Shown one piece after another: positions 26,861-38,431 of a stretch of 64,000 nucleotides of DNA (position 1 is the first letter of the stretch; every line of letters begins with the position of its first letter). This stretch comes from Squalus acanthias (Eukaryota), in contig CM059425.1 in NCBI GenBank assembly GCA_030390025.1, positions 262,942,001 through 263,006,000 of the forward strand. Direction: 5' to 3'. The notes below the pieces were generated by a model. The model saw nothing but the letters and a program-made list of their open reading frames with translations. It made no database searches and was not told the origin of the DNA. The position numbers and the translations under genes were made by a program.

Positions 26861-27705
26861 CTGAGCTCTCCACCACCTCTCTCGAACCATCTGTATTGTC
26901 AGACTATTTGACTAACATCAAGTCTTGGATGAGCCACATTTTTGACAAGTTAAACATTGGGAAGACAGGAGCCATAGTATTTAGCCCCCACTACAAACTT
27001 GCTACCGATTCCAGGCCACTCCCCAGTCCCTGTTTCAAGCTGAACCCGACTGTTTACAACCCCGGCGACCTATTTCACCCCGAGCTGAGCTTCACACATC
27101 ATCCCCATCACAAAGACTACCTCCGCCCAACTGATGCTGAAACCCTTGTTCATGCTTTGGTCACCTTCAGACTTGATTATTCCAAATGCTCTCCTAGCCA
27201 GCCTCTTATCTTCCACCATCCATAAATTTGTGCTCATTCAAAATTCTGCTGTCCGTATCCTACCCTGCGCCAAGTCCCACTAACCCATCACCCGTCTTTA
27301 TTGACTTACATTGGTTCTCAGTTCCAATCCCTCAAATTTAAAATTCTCATCGTGTTCAAATCTCTTCATGGCCTCACCTCTCCCCATCTCCAACCTCCAC
27401 CAGCCCTACAATTCCCCCAGTACTATGTTCCTCAGCCTATGGCCTCATGCATCCACACTCATTTCACCACTTTTGGCAGCATTGCTTTCAGCCGCCCAGA
27501 CCCTCCGATCTGGAATTCCCTCCCTAAACCTCTCCACCACCCTCTCTTTCTTCAAGACCCTCCTTTAAACCCATTTCTTTGCCCAAAGCTTTCAGTCACC
27601 GTCTTAATGTCTCCTTCTTTGGCTCAGTGTCCATTTTTATCTGATACACTTTGTGAAACACCTTGGGATGTTCTTCTACATTAAAAGGTTCTATATAAAT
27701 GGTTA
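26860..27705 (+). mobile_element. L2-type LINE 3' fragment
   Basis: IKSWMS..KLNIGKT and AETLVHALVTFRLDYS peptides typical of the L2 ORF2 C-terminus. Confidence 0.85.
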
Positions 27706-27857
27706 AGGATAGTTGGTGTGGGAAATGGAAAAAATACCTCACTGGTTCAGCAGAGGGTCGTCTTCTAAGATTGAGGCTGAAGCACATTGTTGAGGTAGAG
27801 TCAAAGGAGCTTTGCTTTGCAGGCTGTACCTGACCTGGGAGAGCTTGAAGACACTAT

Positions 27858-28746
27858 GGGGGAAAAATTCAGTATCGCCACATTTGGGGCGCAATTATCG
27901 GCCGGGCGCAAAGATTAGCGCCTGCCGCTAATTATCGTCTGACTGCAAACTTGGCTTTTATCGCCCCTGGAGGTGATTGGAGCGCTAAATCAGGCGCTTC
28001 ACACCTGTCTTAAGGCGCAAATGCCGAGGAGCGAGGCGCTACCTCAGAGCGCTGGCGAAGCTCATGTGATGTCAGTCAGCAATGGAACAGAGACACAATG
28101 GTGCCGGCCAGTTCTTAAAGGGGAGGGTTGATCTTGCTCTCCATCCACATCCTGCTCATTGCAGCCTTGAATCTCGGCCTGGAGAGACCTGTACATCAAA
28201 TCTGCTGGATAGAACAATGGAGAGAACCAGGGAAAGAGCTCAGAGTGCAGACCCCACAGTCTCTTCTAAATAGATGCAAGGATAGGGCAAATCAAACTGA
28301 ACCTGCAAAGTGCTGCTCAGTACCCAAAACTCCTTCACACAGCGTTGAATCTCTCCAGAAGTCTCTCTCTCTCTCAGAATGCGTGGTGCAAAAATGTCAC
28401 CAACAAAAAAAGGCAGGAAGCGCTCACTTTTAAATAGCGCTCCCCCAGTCCCTTCCTGACTCTTTACTGGGATCTTGCTGTGTCCCCTCAACCTGTCGTT
28501 GCTAGCGGCAGGCGTTAAGGTAGGGGGCGCCACTCAATATCTGCTTCGGGGTGCTACCGGGGCGTTGCGCACTCGACTGACGTCACGATCTGCCGGCGCA
28601 GGAGATCACGGCAGTAGTGTTTAGTGCCGCCGCAAAATGTCGAGTTAATTTCGTGAGCGGCGCAAACATCGCCGCGCCTGGGCGCTAGTTGCTTCGCGCC
28701 CTCTTAAGGCGCTAACGGGAGGCGCAACCAACTGAATTTTTCCCCC
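27858..28746. mobile_element. GC-rich MITE-like element with terminal inverted repeats
   Basis: Perfect 22-bp inverted repeat CACTATGGGGGAAAAATTCAGT (27852-27873 / 28731-28752); homolog at 63095-63749. Confidence 0.85.
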
Positions 28747-29751
28747 ATAGTGCCATAAATAGGAAGACTTCCATTCCCTAGCACGGATATCCGTCACTTT
28801 GATGAGCACAAAATGTATTAGCTTGCAGCATACTTGCAACCAGAATAATGTGCTATCTGGTGTGGCCACCGCTGGTAGTTGTTTAGTCACTGGAACCTTC
28901 TGAAACCCAACTGGCTAGCAGTGCAATTTTTCCAATGCTTTGCTATATGGACCTTCATCCACCATCACCTTTAGCTAAAGTATTTTAAAAGAGGCTATCA
29001 CAATATATATGGGCGCTTCCAATCCCGACCCAGTAAGGGTTAGTTTTGTAGGGTAATTTATTTTTCTGTCAACATGTTATTGAATAGGGAAAATGGATCC
29101 GGTGGTGTTGGGCGTGAGGGTGGAGAAGTTCCTGAACTTTGCTGAGAGACGCTTTGTGTTGGGGGGGGGGGGGGGGGGGCGTGGAAGGTGGGTTTGTCAC
29201 TTAGTATGCAAAGAAGCTTCTCTAAAAATTTGTCTGAACTTGCATTGTAACATATGCCAAGCAGGCTGAAAACTGGAAATGTACTGCACAATGGATAACA
29301 GAAGGGTGGAAGGAGAAGCAGAAGCTGAGGAAATACACAGTAGTTTAGCCAACCTCTGAACAAGGGCAGCTTAACATTTTGCATAGAGACCATCAGATTA
29401 TGAAACTTTAACCTGTCTTTTCTCTTTCAGATGTTGTCTGACCTGCTACACATTTTCAGCATGGGAATGATTTGGTTTACATAATTAGCATGGTGATAAT
29501 TCAAAACAGGTGAATTTGTAGATGAACTGTCAGTTCCAAAGCCCTCAGATGGGGCAAATTTGTGTTCCAGTACTTAAAACACATGGAGGTTTAATTTCCT
29601 CTATGGGCTTTGAGCACACTTGTTAAATTGCTGTCTGTTATTTTAATGCTGTTGTTAACTCATTTGTTTTAAATGAATTTAAGACTGCGTTAATGTAGCA
29701 TATAAAAGGATTCTAAGCAAACCCTAGATATAATGCAGAGAAAAACATTAA

Positions 29752-30922
29752 GGCCCGGATTTTGCGGTAAAAATAATGGTGAAGCGATCAGCGCTTACCA
29801 TTAAAGTGTAAATTGGAAAGCAACTTCTGGCGACTGCACACGCGCAGTCAAACACAGAAATCAGGAGGTTGCTGTCCAAGTTGCCCTGCTCCTCCAGAAG
29901 CTTAGCTCTACCGGTATCTTGCCGAGAGACTCGGCATTGAAACACATGGAACAGCGTGAAGTTGCGATACTTATGTGATAGATACACGCTAAATTCGCCA
30001 GAAAAAGTTAGGATTTGTCCATTCCAGTAAATGTTTAACTGTGTGATAAGTCTTAATTACTACCAAACCACCTCTCTGGCACTGAAAATTAACTTTTACA
30101 AGTGTAGAGTCTCATTCCTTTAGATTTTTTATTATTGAAGATTTTTAAAAAAAAAATTTTACACACTTTTTCTTTGCCTCTTTTATCTCTCTCTCTTAAT
30201 CCCATCTTTCTTTCCCTCTCTTTATTTCGTATTGATTTAACATGTCAGCCGTGGCTTAATTGGTAACACTCTCGCCTCTGAGTCAGAAGGTTGTGGGTTC
30301 TAGGCTGACACTCCAGTGTAGTACTGAGGGAGCGCTGCATTGTCAGAGGTGCCGTCTTTCGGATGAGACGTTAAACCGAGACCCCGTCTGCTCTCTCAGG
30401 TGGACGCATAAGATCCCATGGCACTATTTCGAAGAGGAGCAGGGGAGTTCTCCCCGGTGTCCTGGCCAATATTTATCGCTCAATCAACATAATTAAAACA
30501 GATTATCTGGTCATTATCACATTGCTGTTTGTGGGAGCTTGCTGTGCGCAAATTGGCTGCCGCGTTTCCTACTTTACAAGTGACTACACTTCAAAAGTAC
30601 TTCATTGACTGTAAAGCACTTTGGGACGTTGTGAAAGGCACTATATAAATACAAGTCTTTCTAAGTCTTTCTTTTTCTTTTAATTATTCTAACTTACATT
30701 TCCTAGTTCAGACTCTGTGCGGCTCAGTAATGATTCTTCAATCTGATTGGCTAAGGAGATTCACAGTTGCTTGCCCTGTTCCCAGATCCCCTGTAGAGGG
30801 TGCTGCGTCGAAATGGCCTTCTAATCACAGCAAGTTCCAGTGCAAAAGTCCAGAGAAAGTCTGTGGGCAAGTATAAGCGTCATGAACGGCTAACACTGTT
30901 TGTTCACCCCAAAATCCGGCCC
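29752..30922. mobile_element. MITE-like element with a nested SINE
   Basis: Imperfect TIRs GGCCCGGATTTTG / CAAAATCCGGCCC. Confidence 0.75.
30243..30680 (+). mobile_element. SacSINE1-like DeuSINE nested in the MITE
   Basis: tRNA head, Deu core and L2-type tail, with a short deletion after the B box. Confidence 0.9.
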
Positions 30923-31564
30923 ATTATCTCATTGTGAAGAATGGTTCTGAAACTGAAGTTGTTTTCAACTATATAAATGCAAGTCTTTCTTTTTCTTTTA
31001 ATTATTCTAACTTAACAAGATAAAGGGGGCATGATCCATGTCAGAGATAATGCAGGTATGACCTAGCTAGATGTGATCACCTAACTAGAGTTTCAGAGTA
31101 TAAAATGAATAAGCCTCAAGTAAGGACAGAGACTACAACGGGTCTGAAACAATGTCCGCACCTGAATTTAAGCTGTCCTCTCTCTCTACAGATACTGACA
31201 GACCTGCTCTATAGATTCAGCATTTGGTTTTTGAGTGATTAGAAGTGATTTTTTTTCACCTCCACAGATTAGTAGATAAGCGGAATGGACCTCCATCTGC
31301 TGGCTTAGTATGGTTTCCCTGTCCTGTGAGTTCAGAGCGGCTCTGGACTGTGAAGTCAGTCACTGTTGTGGAAACAAGGTGCGCTCCCAGCAGCGATGTC
31401 TATGAAAACTCATTACTTTTATTATTTACCTTCTCTTTAAGGATGTTAGGCTTATTCACATTTGAAAAGATGCTTTAAAGTGAACAGAAATGTTTAAAAT
31501 TACGAAGGGGATTGATCAAGCTGACACAGACTAATTATTCACACTGATGAATGGTTCAAAAATT

Positions 31565-32370
31565 AGGGAACGCAAACAGAATTATTTGGTAGGAAGAACG
31601 AGGAGAGGCAATATAAACTGAAGGGTACAATCCTAAAGGGGGTGCATGAACAGAGACCTCGGGGTATATGTGCACAAATCGTTGAAGGTGGCAGGGCAGG
31701 TTGAGAAAGTGGTTAAAAAAGCATACGGGATCCTGGGCTTCATAAATAGAGGCATAGAGTAAAAAAGCAAGGAAGCTATGATGAACCTTTATAAAACACT
31801 GGTTCGGCCTCAACTGGAGTATTGTGTCCAATTCTGGGCACCACACTTTAGGAAGGATGTGAAGGCCTTAGAGAGGGTGCAGAAAAGATTTACAAGAATG
31901 ATTCCAGGGATGAGGGACTTCAGTTACGTGGATAGACTAGAGAAGCTGGGGTTGTTCTCCTTCGAGCAGAGACGGTTGAGAGGAGATTTGATAGAGGTAT
32001 TCAAAATCATGAGGGGTCTCGACAGAGTAGATGGAGAGAAACTGTTCCCATTGACGTCAGGGTCGAGAACCAGAGGACACAGATTTAAGATGATTGGCAA
32101 AAGAACCAAAGGCGACATGAGGAAAATCATTTTTTCACAGCGAGTGGTTAGGATCTGGAATGCACTGTCTGAAAGGGTGGTGGAGGCAGATTCAATCGTG
32201 GCTTTCAATAGGCTGTTGGATAAGTACCTGAAGGAAAAAAATTTGCAGGGCTACGGGGAAAGAGCAGGGGAGTGGGACTAGCTGAAGTGCTCTTGCAGAG
32301 AGCTGGCACGGGCTCAACGGGGCTGAATAGCCTCCTTCTGTGCTGTAACCATTCTATGATTCTATTCTAC
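31565..32370 (+). mobile_element. CR1 LINE 3' fragment
   Basis: ORF 31778-32281 (LVRPQLEYCVQFWAP...RLRGDLIEVFKI) with an attctatg tail. Confidence 0.95.
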
Positions 32371-33249
32371 TCAAAGGCTAAAAATGTGAAATAATTTACC
32401 AAAGGAGGACATTAAGATGCATTTGAAAGAAATGGTAGGAAGGTAGGGTTGAAATCAAACACAAAGAAGGGCAGGCTTGTTAGACTAAATGGCCATTTCC
32501 TGTCTGAAAATACGTATTTTGCTATGACCCATCATGTAATTTTATTGGAAGTGTCATTTCAGAAATAAGCAAAGTACAGTGTGAACATCACACAGATGCT
32601 CACCTGATTGCTGCAAGTACATTCTGGCAAGTGGGGAGTCATAGCTTTACTTGGAGAATGAAGATGTTGTTTGGACAACTTCTGCTGTCACAATTACTAT
32701 TTATTGAAGATTAATTGTATTTACCTTTAATAATGTGTTAAAAAAGCACAATCCTAATTAAAATCAGAGGAAAACTAAATAAGAATTCTGACAGCAGGAA
32801 TTGTTCCACTAAAGCATGTCAACTCTCCACAAATTAAAACTAGCACTCCAAGAGGGAAAAATACTGCTCACAGTAATCAGTGATGTCAGCCACCTTCAAT
32901 ATATAAAAAAAGACATGCAAATTATCATAATAATGAACAATCTAATCCCCAGTCAGTGCTGAGTTAGTTGATCTTGGCCAGGGCTGCAATTGGGTTTGGT
33001 ACTCCTGCGTTTGATTGCTATCCAGTAAGTCTTGCTGGAAAGTGTGCGTGTGTGGACAGGATCAAACTCAGCCCCGACAACCCCCACCCACTACCATCAC
33101 CAGTGGAAATACCAGACCACTTGGCTCATAACCATTTAAGAATAGCTCTTAGGTGAGGTATCAGAGGGCACATAAAGCCCACGGAACCGTACGCACCTTC
33201 ATGAAAGAAGAGGTGAGGGAAAAATAAACACAGGTTAGCTAATAAGTGA

Positions 33250-33976
33250 GAGATTGGGAAATGTTGGTGTTCAGAGAGACCTGGGTGTCCTTGTACACGA
33301 ATCACTGAAAGTTAACATGCAGGTACAGCAAGCAATTAGGAAAGCAAATGGTATGCTGGCCTTTATTACAAAAGGATTTGTGTACAAGAGTAAAGACGTC
33401 TTACTGCAATTATATAGGGCCCTGGTGAGACCACACCTGGAGTATTGTATACAGTTTTGGTCTCCTTGCCATAGAGGGGAGTGCAATGAAGGTTCACCAG
33501 ACTGGTTCCTGGGATGGGGGGCTTGTCCTATGAGGAGAGATTGAGTAGACTAGGCCAATATTCTCTAGAGTTTAGAAGAATGAGAGGTGATCTCACTGAA
33601 ACATACAAAATTCTTACAGGGCTTGACAGGGTTAATGCAGGGAGGATGTTTCCCCTGGCTGGGGAGTCTAGAACCAGGGGTCACAGCCTCAGAATAAGGG
33701 GTCGGCCATTTAGGACTGAGATGAGGAGAAATTTCTTCACTCAGAGGGTGGTGAATCTTTGGAATTCTCTATCCCAGAGGGCTGTGGAAGCTCAGTCATT
33801 GAGTATATTCAAGACAGAGATCGATAGATTTTTGAATATTAAGGAAATCAAGGGATATGGGGATAGTGCAGGAAAGTGGAGATGAGGTAGAAGATCAGTC
33901 ATGATCTTATTGAATGGCAGAGCAGGTTCGAAGGGCCAAATGGCCTACTCCTGCTCCTATTTCTTATGTTCTTATA
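33250..33976 (+). mobile_element. CR1 LINE 3' fragment
   Basis: RDLGVLV, LVRPHLEYC and RRMRGDL motifs; tail ctcctatttcttatgttcttat. Confidence 0.95.
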
Positions 33977-34619
33977 AGCTGAGGTGATGCAAAAGCACTT
34001 TTATAAAGCAGACATTGCAAAGTGATGACAGATACTGCAGAACTAAATCTATTCATGCAAGAGAGGGTATACAAGATAGCTTTAGCTGTAATATGCTGGA
34101 AACGGAGTAGAGGAGCCTGTTCATCACTATGCTTTTAGTAACGGATTTGCTTAGTCTCGTATGATAATTCCAGTAGTGTTTCAAAATGGATAACCTCATC
34201 TGTTCGACTGGTTTTGAGCTGAAATTCCGTTTCAGCAAAGACTTAATTTTACGTGTGGACCTTCTGCAACCCTTGGACTGAACGAGATGGGACTAAAATC
34301 ACTAACAGATTCTACCACTAAAATTATGTTTTTATGCAGCTCAGCAGCCCATTTCAATCTACTAAAATCCTTGTGACAAGACTAATATGTAATGATGGAT
34401 GCAATGTATACACAACTTCTAAATACCCAATAAGGCCATCTGTCAGCTTGGCTCAGTTGGTAGCACTCTCACCCGAGTCAGAAAGTTGTGGTTCAAGCCC
34501 TTCTCTAGGACTTGAGCAGATAACTTAGACTGAGCTCAGTAGTGAGATGCTATTCTGCCTGTTCCAGTCGTTCATGGGAACAATAAAGACTCAATGATGG
34601 GGTGTATTTTCCCTCCTAC

Positions 34620-35420
34620 TCCCACTTTTCCTTTTACATTTCCTCTTTTCCAGGCCCACCACTCCTTGCCTGTTCATCTCATCCAGCCATGTTCACTTTC
34701 ATTATCTTCTTCAGCACCATGCCTCTCTCGATCCCTTCTCCCACTCAACACAGCCTACCTTCTCTCCTGTCTCTGTCCACTGTCCAATGCTCAAGTGCTT
34801 CTTAAAATGAGTCTCTCTTGATAGTTTACACCATGTCCATTGCTGGCTTTCCCAGAGCAGCAACTCCAACTGTCTGCTCCCATCAACCACCTTGCCTAGC
34901 TCACTCCTCAAAGATAACCTTTCATCTCATCCTTATCCCGCTTGCCTCGACCATGCCCCTTCTGATATCAAACACTGCCTCGTTACATATCGCACTCGAG
35001 AATGTTCGCTGTGCAGTCAGATTACCCGACAACAAATCACAGACTCCGTCAAGTTTCCTGCAAGAGAATGTCGGGAAGACCAAAGCCATCTTTTCTGGTC
35101 CATACCATCAATTCCACTCCCTTCCTACTGGCTCAGGCTGAACCAGAATATGCAAAACCCTTGACCAATTGAGCTTCAAACCGCACATCCTATTACCAAG
35201 ATTACTTATTTCCATCTCCACATCACCTATTCCTGCTCGTACCCCAGCCCCTCTGGTGCTAAAATTATCAGCACACAATTGCAGACTCAATTTCTTTAAA
35301 TTCCTCTTTGCTATCCTCCCATGCTCTACCATTCATAAACTCCAACTTCAGCTGCTCTTCTGCTGTCCCACATTAACTCCCACTCGCCCATCACTTCCAT
35401 TCTTTCTGACTGTGTATTCG
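34620..35420 (+). mobile_element. Highly decayed L2-like fragments
   Basis: Pyrimidine-rich; NVGKTKAI remnant resembles the 26860-27705 copy. Confidence 0.45.
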
Positions 35421-35929
35421 CCAGTTTAGTGCACAAAATTATCAATCATGTAACGAAGCCTGCATAGCACTGATTAAGCCTCCCTTTTCCCAATCCAAAA
35501 TCGCGCCTGCAAAAATTCACCCCATGAACCCGAGATGATGTCAAGAGTTAGAATACTCCGTATTCTGTCTGGCCAGAAGATTTACAGGGCCATACTGAAG
35601 CTTAGTGTTTTATGGGGCCTGTTGAAATGACTTCATGTTTGACCCTTTCTCTCTCCCCCCACAGCGACATGATATCCGATGTTTTCTGCAGGCAATATAA
35701 ATTTTTATCTCCCCATCAAGTTCAATTTTGAGAGCCTGCTGAAGGGGTCATGATGCTTGAGCTCCATCTCAACCAAGATGTTTTTTGGGGTCTGCCATCA
35801 TGGAACAGTAGCTTTCCACCTACCACCCCTGCCCTCTCCAGAGTCATTATCTTCACCCCCTCTCCTCTACCCCACACCCTCTCTTCTGCCTTCTTCTGGT
35901 CTAGGTCCAGTTATTCTCCACCCTCTCGC

Positions 35930-37030
35930 ATAGGAACATTCAAAACAGGAGGAGGCCATCCAGCCCCTCTCAGGCCTGCTCCGTCATCCACTTAGATCAT
36001 GGCTGATCTGTACCTCAACTTCATTTGCTCGCCTTTGCTCCATATCTAACCAAAATCTGTCTATTTATCTAGCTCGGTCTTGAAAGCTTCAATTGTCTTA
36101 CCACCCACAGACTTTTAGGGGAGAGTTCCAAATTTCTACTATCCTTTTGTGTTCAAAATTGATTCCTGATTTTGCTGCTGAATGGCCTAGTTCAAATTTT
36201 AAGATTACGTCCCATTGTTCTGGATTTCCCCACCAGAGGAAATAGTTTCTCCGTATATACCCTATCAAATCCTTTTAACATTTTAAACAACTCGATTAGA
36301 TCACCCCTCAATCTCTCATCCTCAAGGGAATACAAGCCATGCAACCTGTCCTTATAATTTTACCTTCTAAGCCCTGGCATCATTCTGGTGAATCTCTCCA
36401 AGGCCAATATATCCTTCCTGAAGTGCGGTGCCCACAACTAAACGCAGTACTCCAGATGGGGTCTGACCAAGGCTCTGTACAATTGAAGCATCATTTCCTC
36501 CCCTTTGTAACCCAGCCCCCTTGAGATAAAGGCCAACATTCCATTAGACTTTGATTGCTTTTTGTATTTGTCTTGTAGCTTTAAATGATTTGTATTCTTG
36601 GTCTCCCAAATCTCTTTGCTCCTCTATAGTTCCTAGTTTCTCACCATTTAGAAATACTTGGATTTAATTTTCCTAGGTCCAAAGTGGATGACTTCACACT
36701 CGCCCACATTTAACTCTATTTGCCATAGTTTTGCCCACTCACTCATTTATGTCCCTTTGCAACTTCCTGCTACCATCTACACTACTTACTGTCCCTCCTA
36801 ACTTAGTGTCATCTGCAAACTTGAATATACAACTCCCTATTCCTTCATCTAAGTCATTAATAAATATGGGGAAAAGTTGAGGCCCCAGAACAGATCCCTG
36901 GGGAACACCACTTGTCACGTCCTGCCAATCATAGTACTTACCCTTTATTGCCACTCTCTGCCTCATACCTCCCAAGCAATTTCCAAACTAAGTCAAAAAG
37001 CTACCTCCAATTCAGTGCACTCTCACTTTT
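35930..37030 (-). mobile_element. CR1 LINE 3' fragment
   Basis: [14 protein letters not shown] and FKFADDTKL on the minus strand; CR1 3' UTR at about 35930. Confidence 0.9.
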
Positions 37031-37429
37031 TCTAATAAATTTTTCCTCACCTGGCTTGACCTCAATATTACATTTCGTCTTGACTCCCCATGGGGGATGA
37101 ACTAGTAGAATTTAAAATCTCCGTCTTCGAGTCCCTCCACAGCTTCATCACACCTTATCTTCTGCAATCTTGTCTTGTCCTACATCGTTCAGTGCTGACT
37201 CTGGCTTTCTGTGCATCCCCTCTTCTTTAGCACCACCAATGGTGGCACGCAATTCAGCCCCCAGCTGCCCCACAACGCTGCTATCTGGAACTCCCCCATT
37301 ATATAGCATCATGAGATCTTTTATGTCTCATCCGAAAAACTGCTCCTCCAATGAGTCAAATTTCTTTCTCTTATAGCTTTAGATTCTGTCCTTCCAAATT
37401 TAGCAGTCTGCTCAATCGACACCCCATCC

Positions 37430-37800
37430 ACTAGCATCCATTTCCTTGTACATTGGCGTACTGTGGCTGCAGTGTGTAGCTTCTTCGGTTGCAGCTCACA
37501 AACCCGCGACCTCCACCACTTAGAACGACAAGGGCAGATGGTCCATCGGAACACTGCTTCCTCTAAATTCTCCTCCATCACACACCATCCAGACTTGGGA
37601 CATATAACGCCGTTCCTTCATCGTTACTGTGTCAAGACCCTAGAACGCTCTACCCAACAACATTGTGGGAGCACCATCACCATACGGACTGCCACGGTTC
37701 AAGGCAGTGGCTCACCACCACCTTCTAAAGGGCAACTAGAGATGGACAATAAATGCCCGTCTTGCCAGTAACGCCCAAATTCCGAGAATGAATATTAAAA
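37430..37800 (+). mobile_element. LINE 3' end, probably the same family as 1-1612
   Basis: Homologous to 54897-55278; the family link is from recall. Confidence 0.7.
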
Positions 37801-38431
37801 ACAAATGTTGATAATTTTATACTGATGCCAAGGCTCTAGGAGAGCAAACTCAAATGAATATCTGTAACCTCAGATCACAGTTCTTGCCTTTTTCTTCCAC
37901 CTGTGTGCTGCCAGTCTCTGTTGGACGACCAATAGCAAGAGGCCCATATTTTCCAAGCTTTGACTACCACCCCCATCCCGCCTATCCAATCTTGAACCAA
38001 TATACGGTCAGAATTTTAATGTGCAGTTCTTAAATGTGCTATTTCTTATTGTGTTATTGGCCCCATGTGCTAAATAAGCCTAACGAACCAACACTGGCTG
38101 CACACTCCCACCCACCTAGTGTCAGAATCTGATCCCCAGCAGGACAAAAACTACAACAGACCTGGAGACAAGACAGAGGGAGACAGGACCAACTCAGTTA
38201 TCTGTGTGTACTGCCCTCATTTTTTTAAGCAATATAATCATTCTCCAGGGGTTTGAGGGCAACATTTCAAGAATTAAAAAAATGTAAAACTAGCAAAGGC
38301 TTGAAACACACAGATCAGCATCGGAAAGAGAAAAGACAGGTTAATATTTCGCCTGGGACCCTACTTTGGAATCAGCCAGAAGGATCCCACCTGAAACAGG
38401 TTAGCCTGACTTCTCACATTCTCAGCATTTG

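Noticed and set aside
5341-30680. Inverted SINE pair promoting circularisation of RICTOR exon 3
   Set aside because: The partner is about 24 kb away with nearer competing copies, and the exon is only 98 nt.
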